From assembly GCF_033153115.1 (NCBI RefSeq), contig NW_026889761.1:22134001-22198000 (forward strand): a stretch of DNA of 64,000 nucleotides. Reading direction: 5' to 3'. Below are positions 38,526 through 52,600 of the stretch, one piece after another; within the stretch, counting starts at the first letter, position 1, and every line of letters begins with the position of its first letter. The stretch is from Saccostrea echinata. Taxonomy: Eukaryota. The translations under genes and the position numbers were made by a program. Below the pieces are notes generated by a model. It did not search any database. It had not been told where the DNA came from and worked only from the letters and a program-made list of their open reading frames with translations.

Positions 38526-41500
38526 AAATGGGGGGTCAAATGCTGGTTCGGTCTCGAAGGGTGTTACCAATGCCACTAGGTCTCACCTTACAAAACCTTG
38601 AGTAATGCCAACCGTCTCAAACAGGTTCTGCCAGCGAATGTCACACCTCCACGTTTGGTGACCCTGGTAATACCTTGGTAGCTGAGTGACAGTGGTGAAA
38701 GGCGAGTCTCCGGCGCCTTTAAATAACTGGAACATGAGGCTAAGGGAAGGAAAACCCCAACAGAAAACCACTGGTCCTCCGAGTCCAGGGGGTTTCTGCA
38801 TGGCTAATCACCAGGCAGAGTAAAAACCTCATGATTACAGAAACTTCCAAATACACTGAGCACACAGCGGGAGGTTAGCCCTCTAACTGTGACAAATATT
38901 AATGCAGAGGACAACATGACGCTGGTGGATGAAAGCCAGTTGGAAGTCCACAAGCCGAAGTCCCTATGCACACCTAAAGACAACATATACATAGGGAGCT
39001 GGAATGTGAGATCTATGTATGTTACAGGGAAAACAGCCCAGATAGAACAGGAGATGGATAGATACCGACTGGATATAATAGGGCTAAGCGAAGTCAGATG
39101 GCCTATGAATGGAAAAACTACATTGCAAAGTGGGAAACTAGTGCTTTACTCAGGACGAGAGGATGGATTACATCAAGAAGGAGTAGGAATAATGCTGACA
39201 AAGAAAGCTAAGAAGTCATTGATGGAATGGAAACCCATAAATGAGAGATTGATGTATGCAAGATTCTATACATCAACTCTAAAGATAAGCCTGATTGTAA
39301 TGTATTCACCAACAAATGAAAGCCCTGAAGAGACAAAGGAAACATTCACGGAAGAACTGCAGGAAGTTATTTATAACACTCCAAAACATGACATACTGCT
39401 CATTATTGGAGATTTCAATGCAAAGGTTGGCAGCAACAACAAAGGCCATGAAAGTGCTATGGGGAAGCATGGAATAGGAGAGCGAAATGAAAATGGAGAA
39501 CGACTATTAGATATATGCGAGCTCAACAACTTAGTCACAGTTAGAGGAGTTAGAGTTAGTTACAGGAACAATATTTCCTCATAAACCAAGACACAAGATC
39601 TCCTGGATATCACCTGATGGAAAGACCGAAAACCAAATTGATCATGTGCTTATATCAAAACAACACAGAGCATCCGTCTCAGATACAAGGGCGATGAGAG
39701 GAGCTGATGCAAGCAGTGATCATGAACTGATAAGGAGTAAGATCAGAATAAAACTGAAGAAACAAAAGCAAAATTCAGATACATGTAGAAAGAAGTATGG
39801 TGTCACAAAACTACAACAGCTAGAGAAAAGGAGAGCATTCACTTTGGAGCTAAAAAATAGATTCCAAGTGCTAGAAGAATTGGAAAGTGTTGAAGACATC
39901 TGGGAAAATATGATAAAGGGTTACAATGAGACAGCAGACAGCATACTTGGAGTAAAAGAAAAGGGACAAAAACCTTGGATAAGCAGAGACTCTTGGAAGG
40001 TAGTAGAAGAAAGGAAGCAGCTAAAACTCCAACTTGTTAACAGCAGATCAGAAAGGTTAAAAAGAAACTTAAGAAACAAATATTCAGTTAAAGACAGAGA
40101 GGTAAAACGCAGCATGAGGAATTACAGGAGAAAGTGGACAGAAGATTTGATTACGGAAGCAGAAAGAGCAGCAAGCAATGGGCACATGAAAACAGTGTAT
40201 GAGATAACTAGAGTAATAAGTAATGAGAAGAAAAGCACAACAACAGCAATAAAGGACAAAGAGGGCAAGACCCTGAGCAGCCAAGATGAAAGAAAGGAAA
40301 GGTGGAAGGAGCACTTTCAAGAAATATTAAACCGCCCACAACCAGAACACCCATTAGAAGTTGAAAGTGAAGGACAAGTAGTAGATGAGATGGATACAAG
40401 CCCCATTCGGAAAGAGGAAATCATCAAGGCTATAAAGAAACTAAAAAATGGAAAAGCTGGAGGAGTAGATGGAATAACAGCTGAGATGTTAAAAGCAGAC
40501 ACAAAGACAACAGCAAGATATTTGGAAAAAACTCTTCACAACAATTTGGAAACAAGAAACCATACCATCGGTTTGGAATAAAGGCCTGATAGTGAAGATT
40601 CCAAAGAAAGATGATAGATCAATATGTGATAATTATAGAGGTATAACACTTTTATCTGTGCCAAGCAAAGTATTCTCCAGAATAGTGATACAAAGAATCC
40701 AAGATGGAGTGGAAAAGCAGCTGCGTGAGGAACAAGCTGGCTTTAGAAGAGGAAGGAGTACAACAGAACAACTATTTACACTCCGTAACATCATAGAACA
40801 ATGTACCGAATGGATTTCAACATTGTTTGTAAACTACGTTGATTTTGAAAAGGCATTTGATTCCATTCATAGAGAGAGCCTTTGGTCTATCATGAAGTTT
40901 TATGGCATCCCAGACAAACTAGTCAGAATGGTGAAACTCCTATACGATTCATTCCAATGTGCAGTCCTAGAAGATGGAGAAGAATCTGACTGGTTCCGGG
41001 TAACAACAGGAGTGAAGCAGGGTTGCACAATGTCTGGATTCCTGTTTTTGTTGGTTATAGATTTTGTAATGAGAAGAACTACAGAAACGGAACCAACAGG
41101 AATAAGGTGGGATTTCACAACAAAACTTGAAGATCTAGACTTCGCAGATGATCTTGCTCTACTATCCTCAAAATTTCGGGACATCCAACAAAAGACACAA
41201 AAACTCAACGAAACTGGTAGTCAAGCTGGACTCAGAATAAACATTGAGAAACCAAAGTGATGAGACTCAACTCTGACATAATAGAGCCAGTCAAGATTGA
41301 TGGACAAGACCTGGAGGATGTAGAAACATTTACTTATCTTGGAGGTGTGATAACATCAAAGGGAGGATCTGATGAGGACATTACCAACAGACTGGGAAAA
41401 GCTAAGTCTCAATTTGGAAGGCTAAAAAAAAATCTGGAGCTCATCAAAATTTTCCATCCAAACAAAAGTAACGTTATTCAACAGCTTGGTCCTGTCAGTT

Positions 41501-41930
41501 CTAATGTATGGAAGTGAGACATGGAAAATAACGGAGAGAGACAAAAAGAAGATTGACACCTTCCAGAATAGATGTCTGAGAAAAATCCTGAGAGTAAGAT
41601 GGCCCGAAAAAATGTCAAATGAAGAACTCCATCATAAAACGAAGACAACTAGAGCGAGTGAGATAATAATTCTCAGGAAGTGGAAGTGGATTGGCCATGT
41701 ACTGAGGATGAAGAATAACAGGATTTGCACCACCGCACTGACATGGCATGAAGAAGGAAAAAGGAAAGTAGGCCGGCCGAAAACAACCTGGAGAAGAACC
41801 ACGGAAGAAAGATTACAGCTGGGATGGAAAAGTTGGGCGTCAGCGAGGGCAACAGCCAAAGACAGAGACAGGTGGAAGAAGTGTATCGGGGCCTTATGTG
41901 CCAGCGGGCACGAAGAGGATAGGTGAGGTG
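38526..41930 (+). mobile_element. Full-length RTE-clade non-LTR retrotransposon (APE endonuclease + RT), disrupted by a few frameshifts and a stop
   Basis: APE motifs IGSWNVRS, GLSEVRW, GDFNAKVG, SDHELI. RT motifs YRGITLLS, DFEKAFDS, GVKQGC, FADDL. RTE-type C-terminus KWIGHVLR...GRPKTTW. (AGGTG)2 tail. 10-bp TSD ACCTCCCCCC at 38516-38525 and 41931-41940. Confidence 0.95.
38532..38691 (+). ncRNA. HDV-like self-cleaving ribozyme at the 5' end of the RTE element
   Basis: Nested double pseudoknot by inspection: P1 GGGGUC 38532-37/GACCCU 38660-65 (G1.U), P2 UGUCAC 38639-44/GUGACA 38686-91, P3 ACC/GGU, L3 UCCACGUUU, P1.1 CC/GG 38666-67, short P4, J4/2 GCUGA with the C75 equivalent at 38682. Confidence 0.8.
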
Positions 41931-41940
41931 ACCTCCCCCC

Positions 41941-43440
41941 TAAAAAAAGTCTTTTAAAGTCTTTGTACCCATGGCCAGAGAACTTCAGCATACTCATCTT
42001 AGGGACGCCCCAAAGACACTGATAAATAGCATTTTCTATGATATATTCGAAATTGTAAAGTCTTCCATTGATTGTTTTCATATGTTTTGGGAAAAAAAGA
42101 TCTCAAATTTGCTTAGATCTGGCAAAGAAAGGGGGTGGCTAAGCTTTTTAAACTTACTTTTCTTCAAAATTTTATTTATTTCTCTATATGTATGTTTATT
42201 TACAGCAGCGTTGTCAGGCACAGAAAAAATACTCTAGTAACCGGTTTTTGGACTTGCTTTGCAGGAAATCTGCTCACATTTCCTGAGTGAATCTTTAACA
42301 TAAAAGTTACCATTGATAGTTCTTTTTTGGCTGTATGATTGTACGTTTTACTGAACCATATGAATTAAAGAAAATTTATAAAACATATTCGGAGCCCTTG
42401 CTTCTCTTTGCAATAGTAGGACGACAGCCTTCTCTTTGATTCCACATTTTATGCTTGATCTTCCTTTTCGGCTGTAAAAAAACCTTCACCCATGTTACGA
42501 CATCTATCACTCAAGTTTATCAAATCTTTTTTGTAAAAATGTTCATTTTTAAATAGACTATTGCGCATTTAACGTGTGTTTTCTCTTAAATGTTTGTCAG
42601 GAAATAAGGCACCCATCTAATAGAATTATTGTTAGATTTATTTCATCAGTCAGAACTTTGTAAATTGTTGTGACAATGAAATGTTTGGCGTATTAGCAAT
42701 ATCTATCAACGTAAATCTGGCATTTTCAGATATCATGTTGCTAACAGCATTGATATTTTTGGTGCCCCTACAGATTTCGATTGACCAGTTTAACTGCGAT
42801 CTTTTACTTGTACCTTTTACTTGTACTTTTTACTTTTGAATTTCCGAATACATCTGAAAACTATACCGCATGAAAGACTATATATATATAGTCCTTCTAC
42901 ATATAATAATCATATCTTTAATATTGGTTCTTTAGCTATTTATGTAATGAAGCACAGTTTTCACATACGCCCTCATTTTTATCTTCTTGGCATGCAGAGA
43001 TGCTTACTTGTCGTCCGCGTGGCGCAGTGGTTAGAGCGTCTGCTCTAGAGTCGCGAAGTAAGGAGTTGACCCTTACCTCGCGGGTTTGAATCCCACTGTG
43101 GGACGTGGAGACCGGTCCTTCGGATGAGACCGAATAAACCGAGGTCCCGTGTCGCAGTAGGTGCTGGCACGAAAAAGATCCCTCACTGCTCAATGTCCCT
43201 GAGTGCCGAGTATAGGACAAAATTTGCAGCTCTCCACCGGCAAGTGGTGGCGTCTCCATATGAGTGAAAAATTCTCGAGAGGGACGTTAAACAATATGCA
43301 AACAAACAAACAAACCATGCTTACTTTAAAAGTGAATTCCTTTTCGAGAACATTATGTTAGGAAAATGCATTGTGTTTTCTGTGAATACTAGTTCTTTCA
43401 ATAGAACTTTTCATCTGTTATATTACATACTTCTACATTT
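41941..43440 (-). mobile_element. Older diverged mariner relic, interrupted by the RTE, a SINE and a 160-bp insert
   Basis: Colinear similarity to 11040-12140 (AAAGACACTGAT, GCAGCGTTGTCAGG, ACAGCATTGATATTTTTGGTG, AAAAGTGAATT). Confidence 0.7.
43010..43316 (+). mobile_element. tRNA-derived SINE with a Deu/Nin-like central domain
   Basis: A box TGGCGCAGTGG, B box GGTTTGAATCC, TTCGGATGAGAC...AAACCGAGGTCC core, (AAAC)n tail, TSD ATGCTTACTT (43000-43009, 43317-43326). Confidence 0.9.
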
Positions 43441-44845
43441 ATTATGATAAAATGTATATTGTATTACTTACTGAATGACAATCGTATGTACAAAACGACA
43501 TATGTACCGTCACACTTTTTTTAAATCATCAAAATACATGGTCCGATAATTTAATATAGATTGGGGGCTGAATATGCGAGAATGTGCTCATTTTAATTTG
43601 CTTATTAACCAGTTTATTCAAGTTTTGATTAAAATATTCACTACTGACGATTTAACAAATATTAAACCACTGCAAGTCATCGATCAGTTTCATTTAAAAA
43701 TTGTCAGTAAATTAGGTCCGCCAAACCGTTTCACCACACAGTCCTTGTCGAAAACGAAAGTAGCTACTTTATTTACATTTACGATTATTATTGTGCTAGT
43801 TAACTTAAAATTTAATTTACAGACATTGCCATATACCTAGTGTAATATGAAAGCTAAGAATGAACTTTGGTGCAGGGCTTCAGAGTCTATTTGCAAAAAA
43901 ATATATTTATCATTATAGATATGCAAATTTTGAGAGAAACAAACACACATCCCACGGCAGTACTGTGCATATAAATTGTTTAGTATACGAAATTGGGTAT
44001 GGGATAGCATTTAGAGTTAAATTCACTAAGTTGAATCGACTCGGAGTAACTTTCTCGTTTTACCATAACAAAACAAGAGGCCGATGGGCCACAATACTCA
44101 CTTAGGTTCCAGTGCATGGTCTTCCTGTTAACCCCAAAACATTATTTGTTAATTCCCACTTTATATTGCTAGTAAAAAGAATTCTTTGACTTTAACAAAA
44201 ACGTAAATTAACCACACTGACTTTCTAACTGCCACCTTTAACACAGAAATGTATACAGATACGGCTAAAATTTAATCATCAGTGTATGACATGTTATTTA
44301 AATTTTAATTCTTTTTCTTTTTCTTTTTTTTTTTTGTTTGTCACTGTGAATAAAAAACTAACAAATTATTGAACACTTGTAATTGTTTGTTATGTATTAA
44401 TCCTGACTATTTTTAATAAAAAAGGTCACTTTATCTTCCTCCTTATTTTTTAAAGTTTAAAGTTCTAGATTTGTATTTAAAAAAAAAACAACAGACATTT
44501 GTTCAGTTGTGTGTGTGTTTTATTTTTTAAACAAAATCACTAAGCAGAAGCTTGTCCTGTATCTGTTTATTGATCATATCATAATATTATCACTATTATA
44601 TAAATATTGCAGGTAGTTGAGTGTAACATTGAAAATTTTCACCCCAAGAAAACAATTGTTAACAATTGTGAACCTTTCGCGCATAAATTCTGCGCAGTCA
44701 CTATTTTCTGGAATATCACTCGTCGCCAAGCAATGTTGACTGTTGCTACGCAAGAGGGCGTGGCTTTATTATTCAGCGGGTAATAGTGTTTTTTAACAAA
44801 TGTTTCTCGACGAATCGGATTCAACTAATTTACATGAAAGTATAA

Positions 44846-45088
44846 TATTGAATCACAGGTATTTGTGGACAGGACTCCCTCCCCAATATTCCACCCCTAG
44901 GCTTGGACATTTTTTCATATATTATATTTATTACACTTATTCATCATGTGTACCATAGGAAAAAATCGTGAAAACCCCAAAATAATCGTTTCACACAAAA
45001 ATACCCCACTATACATTATAAAAAAGCCCCTGGGTTGAATATCGGGGGGGGGGGGGGTCCTGTCCGCAAGTACCTGTGTATTGAATAA
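44846..45088. mobile_element. MITE with about 55-bp imperfect TIRs
   Basis: CACAGGTATTTGTGGACAGGAC... / ...GTCCTGTCCGCAAGTACCTGTG. Confidence 0.7.
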
Positions 45089-46602
45089 TATTTATCACCA
45101 CGTTATGAAGTAAGCTATGGAAAGCCAGGGGGTAGTCATGTTCTATATATTTCATATATAGAACAAGACTTGGGGGTCCCCTATGACTTTCCATAATAAA
45201 CAATTTGTTGCAATGTTGACTACATTTGTCTTTTCTTTTTAGCTTCATCTTTAAGAGGTGTTCATTATCTAGACGTATCAAAGAAAGTTGTGATATGAAT
45301 AATTGAATATCCCAGTGTATAACACAACATAGTTACATATGTACATGTAGGTGTGAATATACATACTACTGACTTAATGTATTTACCATATTACAAACGT
45401 GAACAGCCACCCTTGCTTTAAAGTACCACGTACGCTTTGTCAAATGACTTTTTGTTTCCGCCTTATTGAAGCCACAAAGGTGGATTAGTGACTACCATAC
45501 ATGTACAAAGGCGCCTTAATCCCCTTGTACCTCGGAAATAAGTATTTCTTTGATTAGCCCTTGAAAAAGCATGTTTCCTTCCACGGGATAAAAGAAGTTG
45601 ATGAAAGAGCTATACTATATATGGGATATTTACTAGTTATTAAATATTAAACACAGTTGGTATATATGTCATATATTCTGCTCACATATTCATGTCAAAG
45701 TTTTATATATAATTGTAACTCTTATGTAACTCTGATCTGTGAGTTTTAATAATAACCAAAGATGGTAATCAACTGGTAAACTGATAAGATACATAACTAA
45801 TTGTCAGCTTTTGCACAGATAGGGTTTTGTTGTATTTGCAATGTTAAAATGAGAGAGAGCGAGAGTATATACAGGTGAAGACATCGCTTTGTTATACGAT
45901 CTTTATCTATATCTAGCCTTTCTCTTCACGACTTTTAGTATACCGAAGAGGGCTAAGATCATGTGGGTCGTGTCATCTATTAAAAATTCAAATTATTCAA
46001 AAATAACATACATTTTAGTTGTCACGCCCCCGTTCATAGAAATAAATCATAAGACGAAACACTAGAAAACTCTTTTTTAAAATTTATGCCAACACATGTA
46101 CACGAATTCTTTTTAGTGGAAACCTGACATGACCCAAATCAATGCTTCTAGAAAGTAGCTTTTTGGCCGTGGTGTAGCCTTTGTGAGGAGGGGGGGTCAT
46201 TTCTCATCTTCTGACACACTGTCCCGTGAATCTAATGTATATGTTCCTGGCCCTAGGGTGAAAAGACACGGAGAAGAAAAAAGGTGAGACGGCAGCTCAG
46301 GTCATGTGATTTATACTCTAATGAATGAATCCAGCATCTTAAAAAAATTGTCCTCAATAATGCAACTGATAGTCTTAAAATCATTTAAAAAGAGACAAAA
46401 TTTAGGAGATGGTCCATACATACCTCGCATCAGCCCCGGAATAAATTTTAATATTATTCCCTTTATAGCTGCTCTTCGTAAAAAATAAACATTGTTTTGT
46501 CATTTTTTTATATAGTAAAAAAAGATCTAAGGCAAGCGATCTCCACTGTTGTTACGCTCTCATGATTTGCAATAATTAATCATAAAAAACCCCAAAATAT
46601 TT

Positions 46603-46633
<31 letters not shown>

Positions 46634-49600
46634 CTACTGATTGTGATGATTAAGATTATTCTTTTTTTTTTTTTTTCCTAGACGCCAACTTTGACGCTTC
46701 ATATCTTCCTCATTTTTAAACAGATTTTGTTCAAATTTTCAGAGCTTTTAGACTTTACAAAACACTGTCAGAATACCATAATACAATTCGGAAATTACCT
46801 TCTGTTCACGAGTTATTCCCCTTTGATTGAATTTTGCATGCCTCCGATTTCCAGACAAAGGCTCAGAAATGGTTATAATTGGAGCACAAAACCCTTTGAA
46901 ATTGAAAAGAGGAAGCATTGAAGTTGTGCACATCGGTTTTTGTTTTTTGATTTTTGCATTAAAAATGGCGCTAGAGAGGGGTCAAAAGTTAGAACGTGGA
47001 AAACAGCAAAAAATTTGACATATTTTCCTTTATAGCTTGAAAACTAGAAATATTTTGTTAAGACATGTAGAACAAAAGTTGTGCATAATTGCAAGGGCTT
47101 TCATATTATACTATTTAAAAGGGGCTGGCCCCTATGATTAGGGATCTTGGGTCCTTAAAAGTTTTTGCTTTATAACTCAAAAACGGTAAATATTTCGATC
47201 TGGATCTTGGGAACAAAATTGTTCTTTTACACCTTTTTGATCTAATGAGAATGTTGTTTTGTTCGAGTATACCATGGGTATTGCGTAATACGTATTAGAA
47301 AGCTGGCCAGGTAAACAGGTAACGTTTTTCATTCGGCAAGGAAATCAGACCTCTTCATGTGTATAACTTAAACAGACTTGCTATCAATAATATACCCTGC
47401 GGTATTTAATGTTAATTTTCTTTTTAATAAGGTTTAAAACGTGGTTTATGGTTCACTATTAAATTATTTATTACAACTAGTCTTTCTTTTCTTCTTTTTT
47501 AAATTAGATTAATAGTGTTCAAAAGCGGAGAATATTAAATCTATCTTTCTACGTTTATTATTACAACAAACTTTGTAAGTGATTTTAAACTGTATGCATT
47601 GAATAATTCACGATCATTAGCTGTATGCATATTACGGTCTCCATGTTCAGCTCGATGTTTAGTTATGTAACCCAACGCGCGAATCCCACGCCTTTGATCG
47701 AGGTCACCAGTGTACTAGCCACCTGTGGCCATAAACAAAGGTAGTATTTGTGATCGCGTATAATGTCAATTTTGTACAAAGAGCTAATAATTAATGGAAA
47801 GTTATGTTTTTAATTATATCGAATCAGTAAGATTACTTTACCGATCTTTTATAATCTTAATTCCAAACACTGGTGCATAAAAATCATTTTGAATTTTAAT
47901 CGCTGTTTTTGTCTGTTCACGCAACAATACATTTACATCGAAATATTTCGAAAAAGCTGCCGTAATTAAAGTTGTTAGTTAACATCTTACTGATCTCAAG
48001 AAAACGTTATTTTGTTTGAGTCTTGTGTTCTAAATGAGCTAGAAGCATAACACATATACAGGTAAGCGTTTTCATTCAGCAAGTAAACAAGAGCTCTTCA
48101 TGCGTGTAATTAAAATAAACTTACTATAAATAATAAACCTAGCTACATTAGATGCTAATATTCTTTAGAATCGGGTTCTTGAAGTGTTCTGAGCTTTATT
48201 TCTAAATTATTTACTGACAACTTTCCCTTTTATTTCGTTTGTTTTCAAATTTGGATAAACCAGTCTACTTAACAGGGAAAAAAGATAACCTTTTCTTCTT
48301 ATCATATAAAAACAAACAATAAAGTTAGAAAATAAAACGAAACTTTAAACATAGAACATTCACAGCCATTAAGTACACGCCTTTTACATTCACCTTGTGT
48401 GTTTACAATTATGTAACCCCTCCCTCGATAGCGCGTGGCAAAGGAGGTCACCGGGGATCAATCGGCGTGTGATCCAGCGACCTAAGGTCATACACAAAAC
48501 AAACCATAGAATGGCCTTTCCAAATACATTTTGTAAACTAAGTGATGAGTGGATGAATATGTTGAATCTTTCAGATTATTTTATAATATCTTTGATTAAG
48601 TCGCTAGTACATTTCAATTTATATTTTATTCGCTGAATTACAAGAATTTGCATATTAATTTTATTTTTATAAACATTGTATTTCTCGATATCGAGATAAT
48701 TGCGCTTTGTGAAAAATTACTTTAAAATAATTCAGAATCTTTCATATTATTTCGTCTTACTGTTTATCACTCGCTCGTTTTAATCAACTAGTCTTAACTG
48801 ACTTCAAATTCAATGCATTTCAAATACCGAAAAGACCACTTTGTTTGCGTATTAAAGAAACAGTTTATTTATCTCTCTAATGTTATTATTTAACGAGTTG
48901 CTATTTCTTTCATGAACATTAAACAGCATGTATATAATTATTACGATAATTGTACGTAGAGGTCACATTTTTAATTGTCAGGAAAATCGAAAATAAAATT
49001 AACTACTTTTGAGTTTGTATTATTTTCTTCCTAACTTACAATATTATTGCATACAAAATACTAGGTCGGACGCATGTAACCTAAATATTTCACTTGTATT
49101 TGAAAATTCTATCGAGCGTCGAATGAATTTTACCCGTTAAAAAGTGTACAAAAAAACCTTCCTATGCAGTTTTCCTTGGGAATCAATTGTCTTAGATAGT
49201 CTACTCCGACATGTGTTGACAAAACTCACGCAATGAGAAGCCATACATTTCAAACTTGTGACCTCTTGGTCAGTGCATGTGAAAATTACGCACGACAATT
49301 AGTGTCTGGAAAACGAAGTATGTTTTATAAATGATTTGACAGGTTAAGATTTGTTCTCATTCCAAATTAAATACAAGTTTACACAATCCCGTTATTTCTT
49401 TGTTATTTTATACCGTCAGTTATATTAGAGATTGTTTTAAAACTGTGTTGTTTAGGAAGATTAACCTTATGCATTTGTTTTATTTCATCTAATGAACTGA
49501 ATTTTCCCATGATACGAATTACTGGTACATGCATGTAAGTACGCGTAAATGCGGTCTTATTTGTTTATGTGGAAGAGCGCCCAAAATAAATACACTTCGA

Positions 49601-52600
49601 ACTCTGGAATTTCCCTATTTTACTGTTTAAATCATAGGTCCGCTCAGCTGACGAGTTGTTTTAATAACGGTTATAAATTATATTCAAAAAAGTCCTGGCC
49701 AGCGATCGTTACGCTTGGTTACATTGCAATCAAACAGGTATATACTAATAAGATATTAAGATACTATCGGTATATATATTTTCACCTAATATGTTTTCAT
49801 TGAGTGTTTTCATAAAAATAAATTGCTGGAGAATATCATGTTCTCCCTGATCATATCGATAGCGCGTAGAAACAGCGGTATATGAACACACGCTTTTGTG
49901 TACAACGCAAACGTGTAAATCAAAAGGATGGGGGAAAACGATGAAATAAAAACATTTCTCTATCAACTGAAATTATTATCTTTAGACAGATAAAAATAAA
50001 TGAATATTCGCCTGAGAACATGTGAAAATTATACCCAAATACAATGTAACGAAGGATTTTCGGTTTAATCCGAGTACACAATAACAATGTTGTGTACATG
50101 TACATGCAGAATACCTCTTTTTTATCCTTCGCCCATGTGTTCCTCCTTAACGGAAAAAATTATCAGTAAATTATATTATACCGAACGAGGTTGAAAAATG
50201 ACGAACTTTATTTCTTAAAATTAACAGCAATTATCAGACTTTTCTCATATCACTGTAAAAATGCCCTAAAAACTAAAACCGTCTGGTTTGACTTTGTCAA
50301 CGCGTTTTAGATCGGGTTCGAGATTTTTATTAAATATCTGGAGTATTTCGCTTATTCTGCAAGTCTTTATAAGAAGATTAGCTTTTTTAAAAAAAAGCTG
50401 AGAGTCAGCCACTGGAATACAGACAGTTTCTTTCTTGGTTTGTGATGGTATATGATTTGTTTTATCCATCATGTTGTGTTCACTAAAAGTCATTGTCGTC
50501 TAAGTTAAAATTCGCCCAGTCGTTTTCTTATCTGTAACATAATTCTGTACATAATAAATAATAAAGCATAGAATAAATTTTAGTTAAACTACATCGTGAT
50601 CATTATGATGACCTCCAATTAATTTCTCGTGGGCGCGGACATCAGATAAAGTTCGTTTCAGAAATGAACAAAGCCACTATGATCCCAATCATTGAACGTG
50701 TAAGAATGTTTACATTTTCATTTTTACTGTTAAATTCTATAAATAATATAGATTATGATGCTGAAAAGGAAGGTAGACCTTGGGTTAGATTGTGTTAATT
50801 ATTATTAGATAAAAGTTTTTTAATCGTGCAGGTTCGAGACAATGCATGATAGGGGAAGGGGGAGGGTGCATACTGTATGTATATTTAATTCAATTTCTAA
50901 AATTAAGCATCCATTTTAGTGTTATTAGGAAAGAAAACAATTGCTTCCAAAATAAAGTAATAAACTGGAGATTCAAAATATTTTATACACACAGTACGTA
51001 TACCCTAAAATGATACTGGATTCCATCTCGCTCACTCTCTCTAATTGGGGGGGGGGCTGTCTATAAATCCGCGCAGTTTCTCTCAACTATCGCAGTTCTA
51101 CTGTGATCAGTTTCTCACCTGTGGGCGCGTTCACGTGCACAAGCGGCACTTACATGTACATGTCTATCATCGTGTAAATTATAAGAATTTACACATCTTA
51201 AGTGATATTCTGACGTTTTCATAACTTTCATCATTAAAGTAAAGAGATTCTTTTTTTTTTCACTGTCTTGGGACCTTTGTGCAAGTGGATTATTGTGTGA
51301 ATTCCGACCCGTACCTGTCTTATGCCAGGTATTGATCGAGGGAGTCTGGCATCAGGCATTCAGAGGAATACACACAAATCCTTGAACTTGCAACGGCGAT
51401 TGAGGGTATAAATCAAGTGTTAAATGTGCTCTGCATATAAACTTCTCATCTTCTATAAGAAGCACTGAAATATTTTCATAGTATCATATTTCCCACTTAG
51501 AACAATCTCTTCTTTAATTTTTCGTCGAGAACGACGAAGAACAATGCAGTCTATAAATAGATCGAGGTCGCGTCTTTGTTTAGAGGTGTTTGTGAAGAAT
51601 CACGCCCTTTGGTCAGCTCTGTTGGTTGGAGCAAATAGCACGAGTTTCTTTAGAACAAGTCGTGTACATCTTTTCCCCAGAATTCCAAATTATGCAAGCG
51701 TACTTGCAGTTTTATCCCACCGTAACTAGTCAACCCGCGGGCTGACTAATGAAAAAAAAAACCACTGGCAGATTTAGAGGAGGTTCAGGGGGCCTGCAAG
51801 CCCCCTTTTTGTATCCAAAATATACACAAGATTTAATAAATCAATTTTTATGTGGCTTTGGGCCCCTACCCCGACCCAAAACTGGTCGGCCCCCTTTTCT
51901 AGATTCCTTTATCCGCCACTGAAAAAAAGAATGTGTTGTTCTCTTGGATGTCGATATCTGAATTATATTTTAAACATCCTGTCTAATATATCATGGGCGC
52001 CCATAATAGGACGATTATTTGTTTTTTAAAATAAAGTGGTTCTTACAAATGTAAAAATAAAAAAAACTTACAAACGGCTAAGTAATTATTTAATTCATCT
52101 AGAACAAAAGTTAGTTTAGTTATTTGCTTATATAATCTAACTTTTATAAATTAACACGAAAGTCGTGCGATCGTATACAAATACTCAGAAGCAATCTTCA
52201 TATTTAACGAACGTATAGCGTATAGGTGAATAAATTGCCTCTCATTGCTATACGTATACCCCCATCCCCGAAATAAATAGAATGTTTTCCTTCGCAGCCG
52301 GTTATGTAAGTACAAGCGAGGATGGAGCTTTACAGAAGCAGGTGATGAATTCCGAGAGAAAGGCACTGCCTATTTTATATACATGTACATTCCTAGGGAC
52401 CTGGTTTTCTGAACCGATGTCACTGTTATTCAAAGACCTAGCTAGAAATTCTCTCTCTCTCTTTGAAATGCAGGCCCGTCGATCGTAAAAAAATGACAAA
52501 ATAATTTCAATTTTTATTATTTACATTTGCAAATATTTTTCTTAGGTGAACCTATTGAAGAGAAAATATGTTCAATTCTGTACAAACTTATTAGGGGGTC

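Noticed and set aside
39530-39570. AGTTAG repeats in the RTE ORF as telomeric addition
   Set aside because: Not TTAGGG; a small slippage-type insertion explains it and the frameshift.
39921-42081. Minus-strand ORFs over the RTE
   Set aside because: Antisense shadows of the RTE coding region.
42936-43259. Similar ORFs at 30574-30759, 42936-43259 and 53991-54398 resembling a protein family
   Set aside because: Antisense translations of the same SINE family.
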